Numbered from the stretch's first letter, positions 9,768 to 21,484 are shown. The stretch: DNA of 64,000 nt from Verrucomicrobiia bacterium (GCA_036502245.1 DASXYX010000026.1:136575-200574); one strand, 5' to 3'. Numbers and translations are program-made. The notes: generated by a model not told the origin, from the letters alone.

Positions 9768-10544
9768 ATGAACGAGAAGTACTATCACGCAATACGCCAC
9801 AGCATGGCCAGCTTATCCGGTTGGTTGCGTTTGAATTCAAAATCTCCCGGATTTGCATGCGAATTATTCGGACGTCGTTGGCGTTATTTTTCCAAAAGGC
9901 AGTTTGAACCATTTGTTGCACCTGATGGCTTTGTTTTCTCAACACCCGATTCATTGGTTGGTTACTGGACAATGTTTGTTGAACGTGAACTAAGCCACAA
10001 AGAATGGGTGGGTGCGTTGAAGACAGCGCAGCAACCATTGGTCGTAGATGTCGGTGCCAACGCCGGATTATTTTCTCATTTTGTTTTTTGTCTTAATCCG
10101 AAAACGGAAATCATTGCCTTTGAACCTTTGCCAAAAATGCAGGAACATTTAAAAGTACTGCATCAACGAACAAATATGAATTTTCGATGCATTCCAAAGG
10201 CTGCTGGAAGGACACCCGGCACTGCAATATTGGAAAGTCTGCATGGTTACGATGGCACATCAAGGATTTCTACAGATGTCCAACCTACGGGCAAAACGTT
10301 TCAAGTGGAAGTGACCACAGTGGACAATGAATTGGCCAATCGTCAGGTCCTTGTAATGAAAATTGACGTAGAGGGATTTGAGGAAGAGGTGATTGCGGGT
10401 GCCCAGGCCACATTATCGCGAACGAAATTTGTAATCATTGAAGCACACGATATTCCTCGCCGGGATTTATTGACGCAGTTGTTGGGTCCGTCGTGGATAA
10501 GACATAGGTTGGGGGTTAGCGATTATCTTTTTAGCCGAATTTAA
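9768..10544 (+). CDS. FkbM-family SAM-dependent methyltransferase
   Basis: VVDVGANAGLFSHFV (motif I) and VMKIDVEGFEEEVIAGA, both typical of the FkbM family. Same strand as the giant gene, 84 bp downstream of it. Confidence 0.8.
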   Translation: MNEKYYHAIRHSMASLSGWLRLNSKSPGFACELFGRRWRYFSKRQFEPFVAPDGFVFSTPDSLVGYWTMFVERELSHKEWVGALKTAQQPLVVDVGANAGLFSHFVFCLNPKTEIIAFEPLPKMQEHLKVLHQRTNMNFRCIPKAAGRTPGTAILESLHGYDGTSRISTDVQPTGKTFQVEVTTVDNELANRQVLVMKIDVEGFEEEVIAGAQATLSRTKFVIIEAHDIPRRDLLTQLLGPSWIRHRLGVSDYLFSRI

Positions 10545-10578
10545 AGTAGCATATTAGGTGGTTTTGGGTTGCAACGGG

Positions 10579-11805
10579 TCATTTGGTGTTACTCACAGCG
10601 TCTAGCAGCATGCCCGGCTCTAATCCGACGATGGCTATACTTGTGGAGAAGCCGGTAGCCGTAAACGTGATGGTCTGCGATTGCCAATTGGTATTGCTGC
10701 CATAAAACACCATATCAGTCCTGCCATTCACCAGGACCTGGGCTTTGGCCAGACTTAATGATGGAGAAACATTGTATTCAACAGAATCGAATTTTCCATT
10801 AGTGCCGGCTTGATAAATGGCTTTTGTTTCTGAAACGGAAAGACCACGATTATATATGGAAACTTCATCCATCATCAAATCTTCACCACCGTAGGCAGAC
10901 CCAATAGTGACCTCTTCTTCATTCAAGGTGTTAGTAAAATTCCCAGGCATTACTTTAGTTCTTACCAATTCACCATCATAAAAAGTTCTGATTTGAATCT
11001 TGTCCGGTGCGATTTGTTGAAGTGTAGCCGCCAAATGATGAAATACGCCTGAAGTAGGAAGAGTCGCATACCTTGATACATCCAAAAAGTTTGGATCGTC
11101 ACTACCACTTTCTGGATAACTCGGATCCGTTGGATCGTGATAGGTAATACCGATGCCCTCGTCTCCATTATTGTTCACAATATTAATGCAGAAATTAACA
11201 GGTTCCGGATCGTGGTCCCGGTCGGAAATAAGCTCGTAACCCGGTGGAATGGCTGAACCCAAGTCTTCAAACCACGTTTCCAAAGTAAAACTATTGGTAA
11301 ATTGAAGTGTAGGGCTATAAGGCACTCCCAGATACGCACGGCCCATGAACAAAAACCCCTTACCCACCTCTGCATCGGAATAAACAACGCTGCCGCCATC
11401 AGGCTCTGAAAAATGACCGTTAATTCCCTCGATGGCATCTACCGTGTTCGATTCACCGCGCCACCAATGGACCAGTCCTGGGCCGCGATAAGCCAACTTT
11501 AAGGCGTACGTTCTGCCGGGGAAAGTCCGCAAATTTGTTGAAATGGTTCCATTGGCCAAAGCCAAATAGTTATTGCCATTCATTGCATTGAACGGATCCG
11601 TAATGACGCTTACCTGATTGGACGTGACCCTCCATGTCCCAATCGTTTGGCCAATGGTATAATCTGTTGCGGTTAACGCTTCAAAATTTATCGGCGCAAT
11701 CATCACCGGCGGCAACATTAATTTGCATCCCGTAATACAAAAGAATGTGGCCAAGAGAACATAAAATACACATCGAGTAATGTGAAATGATCTGGTATTT
11801 CCCAT
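10579..11805 (-). CDS. LamG/jelly-roll lipoprotein, paralog of the module inserted in the giant protein
   Basis: The ORF track gives 10579..11862. The ATG at 11805 yields MGNTRSFHITRCVFYVLLATFFCITGC with a lipobox-like ITGC. LamG motif MMDEVSIYNRGLSVSETKAIY. Confidence 0.8.
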   Translation of the reverse strand: MGNTRSFHITRCVFYVLLATFFCITGCKLMLPPVMIAPINFEALTATDYTIGQTIGTWRVTSNQVSVITDPFNAMNGNNYLALANGTISTNLRTFPGRTYALKLAYRGPGLVHWWRGESNTVDAIEGINGHFSEPDGGSVVYSDAEVGKGFLFMGRAYLGVPYSPTLQFTNSFTLETWFEDLGSAIPPGYELISDRDHDPEPVNFCINIVNNNGDEGIGITYHDPTDPSYPESGSDDPNFLDVSRYATLPTSGVFHHLAATLQQIAPDKIQIRTFYDGELVRTKVMPGNFTNTLNEEEVTIGSAYGGEDLMMDEVSIYNRGLSVSETKAIYQAGTNGKFDSVEYNVSPSLSLAKAQVLVNGRTDMVFYGSNTNWQSQTITFTATGFSTSIAIVGLEPGMLLDAVSNTK

Positions 11806-11935
11806 ATGATAATTGGTGTTGGCTGTTTTTCGCGATTTTCTGCCTGCTCCGAAGTATTGCAAGCCTTTTCGCGCCTGTTTTCATCTTCCATTAGCTCCGA
11901 TTTTTAACTTGATTATAATTTAAGTTGCCTCTTAT

Positions 11936-14890
11936 ATGATGAATGGCTCGAGCAGGCAGACAATTAAATCGGCTATGAAATCAATTATAAAACGGCATGG
12001 GAAAGCTAATGTTAATCATTGGTTATTGGCTTTTTGGACAGTCTTCTATTTAGCGACATTCGGTTTTACTCCCTCAGTGTGTGCGGTCAAATTGCCGACC
12101 AACTTTTTATTGAACCTTGATCTCGGATCTGACAATGGCCTGGGACAGGGGAGCCAGAAGACGGGATTTGCAGCGGTTGGCGTGACGACCAACGATTTTT
12201 GGAATTTTTATGATGCGGATGTGTCGTCAACACAAGTGCGCAATTCTGGAACGGTGACGAATCTGGAGCTATCGGATGGGACGCACAGCCCGACAGGAGT
12301 AAATGTTTCGGATGCTCCGGGGGTGTGGGGGGATAACTCGACGGACCCGATGTACCATATATATGTATATCCATTGGATGGCGGGAACGATGTAGTGACA
12401 TTCACGAACTTGCCGACGGGTCAATATGATGTGCTGGCATACTCGCCGGACGGTAATTTTGACCTGACTGCGGGTGGGACAAATTATGGGGTGAATACCT
12501 CGGCAGATTTGAATGTCAGCACAATTCCGGTTTGGACTGAAGGAGTACAATATGCGCGGTGGCGCAATGTGTCGGTACAGAACGGCCAGCCATTGGTTTT
12601 AACGGTTATGAATGGGGCTCTGAGTGGAAACGCATTGTTATGCGGCGTACAGATCATCAACAGCAGCAATACGCCGGCTGGTCCGCAGATTATAAATCAG
12701 CCAACGAATGAAACCGTTCTGGAAGGTTCCCAGGCGACCTTTGGTGTCACGGCTAGCGGCAGCAATTTGAGCTACCAATGGATGTTTGATGCAACAAATC
12801 TTCTTGTTGGAGATACCAATGTGACGTTGACACTGACCAATGTACAGTTCGCTCAGGCTGGCACTTATGCGATTGTGGTCAGTAATGCTGGTGGATCGGT
12901 GCTTAGTTCCAATGCTGTGTTGACGGTGCTGACGACTAACTCTCCAACGAATGGATTTTTATTGAATCTGGATCTAGGATTTGACAATGGCCACGGACAG
13001 CCGAGTCAGAAAGAAGGATATGCGGCAGTAGGTTTAACGACCAACGATTTTTGGAATTTTTATGACTGTGACGTGTCGCAAGGAGTGGCACGGCATTCTG
13101 GGACAGTGACGAACTTGGAGCTGTATGATAAGACACCGACTTCGGTCGGAGTGAATGTTTCAGATGCGCCGGGACTGTGGGGAGATAACTCGACGGACCC
13201 GATGTATGAGTATTATGTGTATCCGTTGGACGGTGGGAACAATGTGGTGACGTTCACGAACCTGCCGACCGGGCAATATGATGTGCTGGCGTATTCACCT
13301 GGGAGTAGTTTTGACTTGGCGGCGGGTGGGACGGATTACGGGGTGAAAAGCTCGTCAGATCCGAATGTAACATCGATCCCGGTATGGACCGAAGGAGTGC
13401 AATATGCGCGGTGGCGCAGTGTGGCGGTTACGAACGGCCAACCGCTGGTATTAACAGTACGGGTTGGATCAAGTGGAAATGCTTTATTGTGTGGGGTGCA
13501 GATCATCAGTAGTAGCCCTGTCAGCAATGCGCCGCCAGAGATTATAGACCAACCGACCAATGAAACTGTGCTGCAAGGTTCACAAGCGACATTTAATGTC
13601 ACGGCGAGCGGCAACAATTTGAGTTACCAATGGACTTTTGACACGACAAACCTTGTCGGAGCGACGAACGTGACATTAACACTCACGAATGTGCAAATGG
13701 ATCAGGCTGGCAACTATGCAGTAGAGGTCACCAATGTTGAAGGGGCTATGCTAAGTTCCAATGCGGTCCTGACAGTACTGACGACTAATTATCCAGCAAA
13801 CGGGTTTTTATTGGACGTGGACCTTGGATATGACAATGGCCATGGACAACCGAGTCAGAAGACCGGATTTGCGGCAGTGGGTCTAACAGTGAATGATTTC
13901 TGGAATTTTTATGACTGCGATGTATCACAAGGGGTGGCGCGCTATTCCGGGACAGTGACGAACCTGGATCTGTCTGATAGGACACCGACTCCAATCGGAG
14001 TAAATGTCTCCGATGCGCCGGGGCTATGGACAGATAACTCCACGGATCCAATGTATCACAAATATGTGTATCCACTGGATGGAGGGAATGACTTGGTGAC
14101 GATCACGAACCTGCCCGCGGGGCAGTATGATGTATTGGCATATTCGCCGGGCAGTATTTTTGATCTGGCGGCAGGCGGGGCAGATTATGGGGTGAAGAGT
14201 TCGTCAGACCCGAATGTCACCTCTATCCCGGTTTGGACGGAAGGAGTGCAATACGCGCGGTGGCGTAATATTTCGGTGCAAAACGGCCAGCCGTTGGTAT
14301 TAACGGTGCAGGATGGAACGAGTGGAAATGCGTTATTGTGCGGCATACAGATTATCAGCACCGAACTGGTCGAGTCCAACTTGGATCATTTCACTTGGGG
14401 ATCATTACCGTCGAGTGGATTCGTAAATACGCCTATCCCGGCGACAATCCAGGCAATGAACGAACTCGGCGGAGTTGTGAGTAATTTCGATGGTACGGTT
14501 GATTTGAGTGCAACCAATGACCTTCCGATTCAACCTCAACTGCCGATCACCTTCACAAATGGTTTATGGTCAGGCCTTGTGACAGTCAGCGAACCGGCAA
14601 CGAATGTGGTATTGCAGGCTGACGACTTGAATGGACACCTCGGTGACTCAGGCGCAATCACGATAGCTCCCCTCCCCATGCTGGGATTATCGACTTATGA
14701 AAGCTATTTGCTGATTTACTGGCCGAACTCGGCGTCGACCAATTTTATCTTGGAAGCTTCGACGACTTTTTCACCGCCCGATTGGATTCCAGTGACAACC
14801 CCGCCATTTGTTTTTGAGGGTCAAAACCTGGAAATAATGCCAATGACCAGCACGAACGAGTATTATCGCCTCGAATATACAGTGCCGTAA
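11936..14890 (+). CDS. Secreted 984-aa repeat protein: 3 x (uncharacterised ~190-aa domain, with or without an Ig I-set domain), a BIg-like region and a C-terminal beta-sandwich ending NEYYRLEYTVP
   Basis: Signal-like N-terminus WLLAFWTVFYLATFGFTPSVCA. Unit repeated three times: FLLNLDLG.DNG.GQ.SQK.G.AAVG.T.NDFWNFYD.DVS...NVSDAPG.W.DNSTDPMY..YVYPLDGGN..VT.TNLP.GQYDVLAYSP...IPVWTEGVQYARWR...NGQPLVLTV..GNALLCG.QII. Ig units: QPTNETVL.GSQATF.VTASG.NLSYQW. Confidence 0.85.
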   Translation: MMNGSSRQTIKSAMKSIIKRHGKANVNHWLLAFWTVFYLATFGFTPSVCAVKLPTNFLLNLDLGSDNGLGQGSQKTGFAAVGVTTNDFWNFYDADVSSTQVRNSGTVTNLELSDGTHSPTGVNVSDAPGVWGDNSTDPMYHIYVYPLDGGNDVVTFTNLPTGQYDVLAYSPDGNFDLTAGGTNYGVNTSADLNVSTIPVWTEGVQYARWRNVSVQNGQPLVLTVMNGALSGNALLCGVQIINSSNTPAGPQIINQPTNETVLEGSQATFGVTASGSNLSYQWMFDATNLLVGDTNVTLTLTNVQFAQAGTYAIVVSNAGGSVLSSNAVLTVLTTNSPTNGFLLNLDLGFDNGHGQPSQKEGYAAVGLTTNDFWNFYDCDVSQGVARHSGTVTNLELYDKTPTSVGVNVSDAPGLWGDNSTDPMYEYYVYPLDGGNNVVTFTNLPTGQYDVLAYSPGSSFDLAAGGTDYGVKSSSDPNVTSIPVWTEGVQYARWRSVAVTNGQPLVLTVRVGSSGNALLCGVQIISSSPVSNAPPEIIDQPTNETVLQGSQATFNVTASGNNLSYQWTFDTTNLVGATNVTLTLTNVQMDQAGNYAVEVTNVEGAMLSSNAVLTVLTTNYPANGFLLDVDLGYDNGHGQPSQKTGFAAVGLTVNDFWNFYDCDVSQGVARYSGTVTNLDLSDRTPTPIGVNVSDAPGLWTDNSTDPMYHKYVYPLDGGNDLVTITNLPAGQYDVLAYSPGSIFDLAAGGADYGVKSSSDPNVTSIPVWTEGVQYARWRNISVQNGQPLVLTVQDGTSGNALLCGIQIISTELVESNLDHFTWGSLPSSGFVNTPIPATIQAMNELGGVVSNFDGTVDLSATNDLPIQPQLPITFTNGLWSGLVTVSEPATNVVLQADDLNGHLGDSGAITIAPLPMLGLSTYESYLLIYWPNSASTNFILEASTTFSPPDWIPVTTPPFVFEGQNLEIMPMTSTNEYYRLEYTVP
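12098..14365 (+). repeat. Intragenic tandem repeat, ~850 bp x 3 (units start ~12098, ~12950, ~13799; the third lacks the Ig part)
   Basis: The DNA of units 2 and 3 aligns base by base, for example ..gatttttggaatttttatgactgtgacgtgtcgcaagg.. against ..gatttctggaatttttatgactgcgatgtatcacaagg... Differences are mostly at third codon positions. Confidence 0.9.
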
Positions 14891-14955
14891 CAGGGGGCAT
14901 TGGAACATTTTTTTGCGGCCAATAATTCGTGTGTTTATCCATGGTTGTTTTCAAC

Positions 14956-15061
14956 AGCGCCAGAGGACTGGCGCACTCCACAAGCTGGCGCAAAACTCAG
15001 CTTGGCCTTCCATAACGCTTGCCGTCTTGGACTGCGGTCCCGATACATCGGGACCGCTTTC
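14956..15061. repeat. Intergenic repeat modules X (14956..14980) and Y (15024..15061), copy 1
   Basis: X is AGCGCCAGAGGACTGGCGCACTCCA (stem GCGCCAG/CTGGCGC), identical 25/25 to 38649..38673. Y is GTCTTGGACTGCGG followed by a hairpin and CCGCTTTC. Confidence 0.85.
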
Positions 15062-15067
15062 ACATTT

Positions 15068-15196
15068 GATTAGCGTCCGTTAGCGTGAATTAGCGGTTAA
15101 AAACCTTTGTTCTCTTCTGTTCAAAAACCTCTCTTGTGTTCCTTGCGTTCTTTCGCGGCGAAAATCCGTGTTCATCTATGTTCATTCGTGGTTAAA
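15068..15196. repeat. Intergenic repeat family Z, copy 1 (15162..15196), plus a related TTAGCG x3 unit (15070, 15080, 15090), each ending GGTTAAAAA
   Basis: Z1 is AAATCCGTGTTCATCTATGTTCATTCGTGGTTAAA. It aligns at roughly 80% with the reverse complements of 50989..51023 and 51200..51231. Confidence 0.8.
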
Positions 15197-15322
15197 AATC
15201 ATCCTCATCCTTCACTTGTTTATCCTTTCTCGCCTTTTTTACGATTTTTTGCGGGAGCAATTTTACTTTTGCCAGCCTTTCTGTTAATCTTACCGGTTAT
15301 TTGAATCAAAAGATTTGGCAGA

Positions 15323-18261
<2,939 letters not shown>

Positions 18262-18268
<7 letters not shown>

Positions 18269-18284
18269 AAATATTCAGGCTTTT
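18262..18284 (+). terminator. Possible weak intrinsic terminator or attenuating hairpin overlapping the uvrA stop codon
   Basis: AGCCTGAA-aata-TTCAGGCT followed by TTTC. The stem is only 8 bp with a short U-tract, and the next gene starts at 18317. Confidence 0.35.
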
Positions 18285-18316
18285 CGCGGTCGAATAGAAT
18301 TGTCTAGAATCAAGCC

Positions 18317-20923
18317 GTGATATTACGGCGGCAATCCACATTAATTTTGTTCGCGCTGCTTTTGAGTGCGGGACAGCTCTTTGCCGCCGCCGATGGGAAA
18401 AGGTCGCAGCGCGTTTACAATGCCGCGGTGGTCGCGTATCAGGACGGGAATTATCCGCTGGCCGAGACTGGATTTGCGCAGTTCATCCAACGGTTTCCCG
18501 ATTCCACGAACGTGCCGGAGTCGGTGCTGATGGAAGCCCAGTCGGCCTACAAACAAAACGACTTCACTAATGCCATCGTTTTGCTCAGGCAAAATATGGA
18601 TAAGGCCGGGGCATTGGCCGACCAGTATGTCTATTGGATCGGGGAGGTTGAATTTGCCGGGCATGATTTTACGGCGGCGGCGGAAACTTTTGGCTCGCTC
18701 GTGCAGAATTATCCCAATTCATCATTGCGCCTTCAAGCGACGGACGATCAGGCCGATTCGCTTAGATGGGCCAATCAATGGCCGGAGGCCATCTCATTAT
18801 TTGAGCAGACGAACGGGGTTTTTGAACACGCGGCGCAGTTGGACCCAGGCAACAATCTGATCTCGTGGGGCCGCGAGTTGTGGGCCCAGGGATTATCCGT
18901 CGAAGGCAAAAACACGAATGCGTTGATGGTATTGAAATCCATCAATTCAAAAATCCTCACGCCCGACCTCTACGCCGGATTGGAACGGCTGTTTTATCAG
19001 TTGAACCTGGCAACGAGCAATTTGCCGGTGGCGTTTGAAGCATCGAGCAATCTGTATCAAGCGGCAAAAATTTTGGGCAACAATGATCTGATGGCGGAAA
19101 GCGTCGTGATGCGCGCGAATGTGCTGGAGCAGATGGGGCAAATGGCGGGCGCCATCGCCGCGTATTCAGAAAACCTGGCGACGAATACGCCGGAGGAACG
19201 CCTGCGGCAGGCCATTTTACAAATCACCCGCCTGGCGATCCAGGAACAACAATACGCCCCGGCGGAAAACAGTATCAGTCCGTTGACCAATTCGCCGGAG
19301 GCAGACGCAGCTTTACTGGCACTGGGTGAATTGCAATTGAGGGATTATGCGGGTCGGACGACCGACACGAATCTTTTGGCCGCGGCGCAGGCAAATCTTG
19401 GGCAGTTTATTTCCGGTTATCCCAACAGCCCAATGGCCGGGGAGGCGCGTCTGAATCGTGGGTGGTGTTTTTGGCTGGAAAAGGATTACGCTGACAGTTT
19501 GCCTGATTTCCAGGCGGCGACGAACCTGTTGCCGGAAGATCTGGCCGTAGCAAAGTTCAAGGCCGGCGACGTGGAATTTGCGGCGCATGATTTCACCAAT
19601 GCGCTTAACAACTATTTATCCGTAGAAAATGATTTTACGAATGCCACGGTGGTCCAGATGCTTGGCGAGCCGGTGGAGTATCAAATTTTGCGGACCAGCC
19701 TCGCGTTGACCAACCTGACGGTTGCCAGCAATGCGATGGCGCAAATTTTGACCAACTACCCATCAAGCGAGGCGGATAGCGGCAGCGAGCTGCTTTTCGG
19801 AGAAAGCCTGGCGGAGGCGAGCCAGCCGGCGGCGGCGCTGCAACAATTCCTGAAGTTCGAAAAGGAGTTCACCAATTCGCCTTTGCGCCCGCAGGTGGAC
19901 TTTTCCATCGCGCGCAGTTACGAACTGGAGAACGACTGGACCAAAACGATCGTAGCTTATACGAACTGGCTGGGAAATTTTCCCACCAATGACCTTCGGT
20001 CGCAGGTGACATACTTGCTGGCGCTGGCCAACTCGGAGGCCGGCAATGAATCCAATGCGTTTGCGCTGTTCACCAATTTCATTGCCCAATATCCGACCAG
20101 TGAATTCGCCCCCCAGGCGCAATGGTGGGTCGCTGAGCATTTCTTCCGCCAGGGCGGCACCAATTACCTGGATGCTGAAAAGAATTACGAGTTCGTTTAC
20201 CAGAATTTTCCTACCAACAAGGACCTGGATTACGCAGCGCGATTGATGGCCGGCCGGTCCGCGGCGGAGCGCCAGGATTTTACCGAGGCGATCAATGGCT
20301 ATTTCACTCAGCTAAAGACCGACCTTGAAGCCGACACCAATTATCCGGACCTGCTGAACCAAACGTTACTGGCCTATGGCAAAACGCTGATGCAGATGCC
20401 ATCGACTGACACCAATAATTTGACCGCGAATTTTCCCCTCGCAACGAATGTGTTCTATGAGCTTTACCAAAGGAACCCGACCAATGAATTTGGCGCATTG
20501 GCATGCAATTACATCGGCGATTGTTCCGTGCAACTCACAAATTACGATGTCGCCACCAATTATTACACACTGCCGTTGAATCCAGATATGACTGCGGCAG
20601 TTTCCACACGCAGTATGGCGCAAGTGGGATTGGGAGCAGCGCTCGAGCAAAAGGCCGCGCTGGCCACGGGGACGAACCAGGCGGCATTGCTTCACCAGGC
20701 GCTCGCCAACTATCTCGATGTTTTTTATGAGAACAATTTGCGCGACGGCGAAACCGCGGACCCGTTTTGGACGAAGAAGGCGGGGTTGCAGGCGTTGTCC
20801 CTGATCGAGACGTTGGACGTGGCGGATCCGAATAAATTCATCAACCGAATGGAATACTGGCTGCCGCAGTTGAAGGATTCGCTTGAAAAAATGCGGGCTT
20901 CGCTGCCATCACCAAAAAGTTAG
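18317..20923 (+). CDS. Secreted tetratricopeptide-repeat (YbgF/BamD-like TPR) protein
   Basis: Signal peptide LILFALLLSAGQLFAA. Repeated motifs YP.S....A....A..Y...D...A along the whole 868 aa. Confidence 0.75.
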   Translation: MILRRQSTLILFALLLSAGQLFAAADGKRSQRVYNAAVVAYQDGNYPLAETGFAQFIQRFPDSTNVPESVLMEAQSAYKQNDFTNAIVLLRQNMDKAGALADQYVYWIGEVEFAGHDFTAAAETFGSLVQNYPNSSLRLQATDDQADSLRWANQWPEAISLFEQTNGVFEHAAQLDPGNNLISWGRELWAQGLSVEGKNTNALMVLKSINSKILTPDLYAGLERLFYQLNLATSNLPVAFEASSNLYQAAKILGNNDLMAESVVMRANVLEQMGQMAGAIAAYSENLATNTPEERLRQAILQITRLAIQEQQYAPAENSISPLTNSPEADAALLALGELQLRDYAGRTTDTNLLAAAQANLGQFISGYPNSPMAGEARLNRGWCFWLEKDYADSLPDFQAATNLLPEDLAVAKFKAGDVEFAAHDFTNALNNYLSVENDFTNATVVQMLGEPVEYQILRTSLALTNLTVASNAMAQILTNYPSSEADSGSELLFGESLAEASQPAAALQQFLKFEKEFTNSPLRPQVDFSIARSYELENDWTKTIVAYTNWLGNFPTNDLRSQVTYLLALANSEAGNESNAFALFTNFIAQYPTSEFAPQAQWWVAEHFFRQGGTNYLDAEKNYEFVYQNFPTNKDLDYAARLMAGRSAAERQDFTEAINGYFTQLKTDLEADTNYPDLLNQTLLAYGKTLMQMPSTDTNNLTANFPLATNVFYELYQRNPTNEFGALACNYIGDCSVQLTNYDVATNYYTLPLNPDMTAAVSTRSMAQVGLGAALEQKAALATGTNQAALLHQALANYLDVFYENNLRDGETADPFWTKKAGLQALSLIETLDVADPNKFINRMEYWLPQLKDSLEKMRASLPSPKS

Positions 20924-21009
20924 CTGATAATATCCAAATTTCTGATGTCAGCACTCATCCCGGCGCAAAATCTTGTTTTCCCCTTTATCCCTCATCCGTC
21001 CTGCGGACA

Positions 21010-21035
21010 CCTTCTCCCGCTCCCGCGAGAGAAGG
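21010..21035. repeat. GGAG-hairpin intergenic repeat (family W), copy 1
   Basis: CCTTCTC-ccgctcccgcgaga-GAGAAGG, preceded by a tcatccctcatcc context similar to the other W copies. Confidence 0.6.
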
Positions 21036-21102
21036 AACTGCGCCAAAAAGTTGACCGCAGCATTTGACACCCGCGCCACACGGGATTAGCTTGCACCAGA
21101 AA

Positions 21103-21450
21103 ATGAGTGAAACAGCGACAAAGGAGCCAGCGATCAACCTGACCGGAGATGCCCTCGCCGAGGTGAGAGCGCTCCTGGCCAAACCGGAAAATGCCGGGAA
21201 AAACCTGCGCCTCTATATTGAAGAAGGCGGTTGTTCCGGCATGCAGTACGGCATGGTGTTTGATGAGCAGCGAGATGGAGACCTGATTTCTGAAGAGAGT
21301 GGAGTAAGTGTTTTGGTGGATCCTGTCAGCGCGAATTTTTTGCGCGGTTGCCAGGTGGATTTCAGCGATTCGCTGACCGCCGGTGGGTTCAAGATCACCA
21401 ATCCCAATGCCAAACACAGTTGTGGCTGCGGAAAATCATTTGAGGCTTGA
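21103..21450 (+). CDS. erpA: A-type iron-sulfur cluster carrier (ErpA/IscA/HesB family)
   Basis: EEGGCSGMQYGMVFDEQ and NPNAKHSCGCGKSFEA (the three conserved Cys). I prefer the ATG at 21103 over the listed 21064 start. Confidence 0.9.
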   Translation: MSETATKEPAINLTGDALAEVRALLAKPENAGKNLRLYIEEGGCSGMQYGMVFDEQRDGDLISEESGVSVLVDPVSANFLRGCQVDFSDSLTAGGFKITNPNAKHSCGCGKSFEA

Positions 21451-21484
21451 GCAACAGTTGATCACCTTGCTCGTGCCTAATAAC

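Noticed and set aside
12098-14365. The possibility that the regularly spaced ~850-bp repeats are a CRISPR-like or satellite array.
   Set aside because: The repeat units are far too long, are contiguous without spacers, and sit in one continuous reading frame that encodes conserved protein domains.
1-14890. Apparent enrichment of N-x-S/T sequons in the giant and repeat proteins next to an FkbM methyltransferase, as a hint of protein glycosylation.
   Set aside because: These proteins are strongly Asn/Thr/Ser-rich overall, so sequon frequency cannot be separated from composition bias without a statistical test. No glycosyltransferase or oligosaccharyltransferase gene is present in the window.
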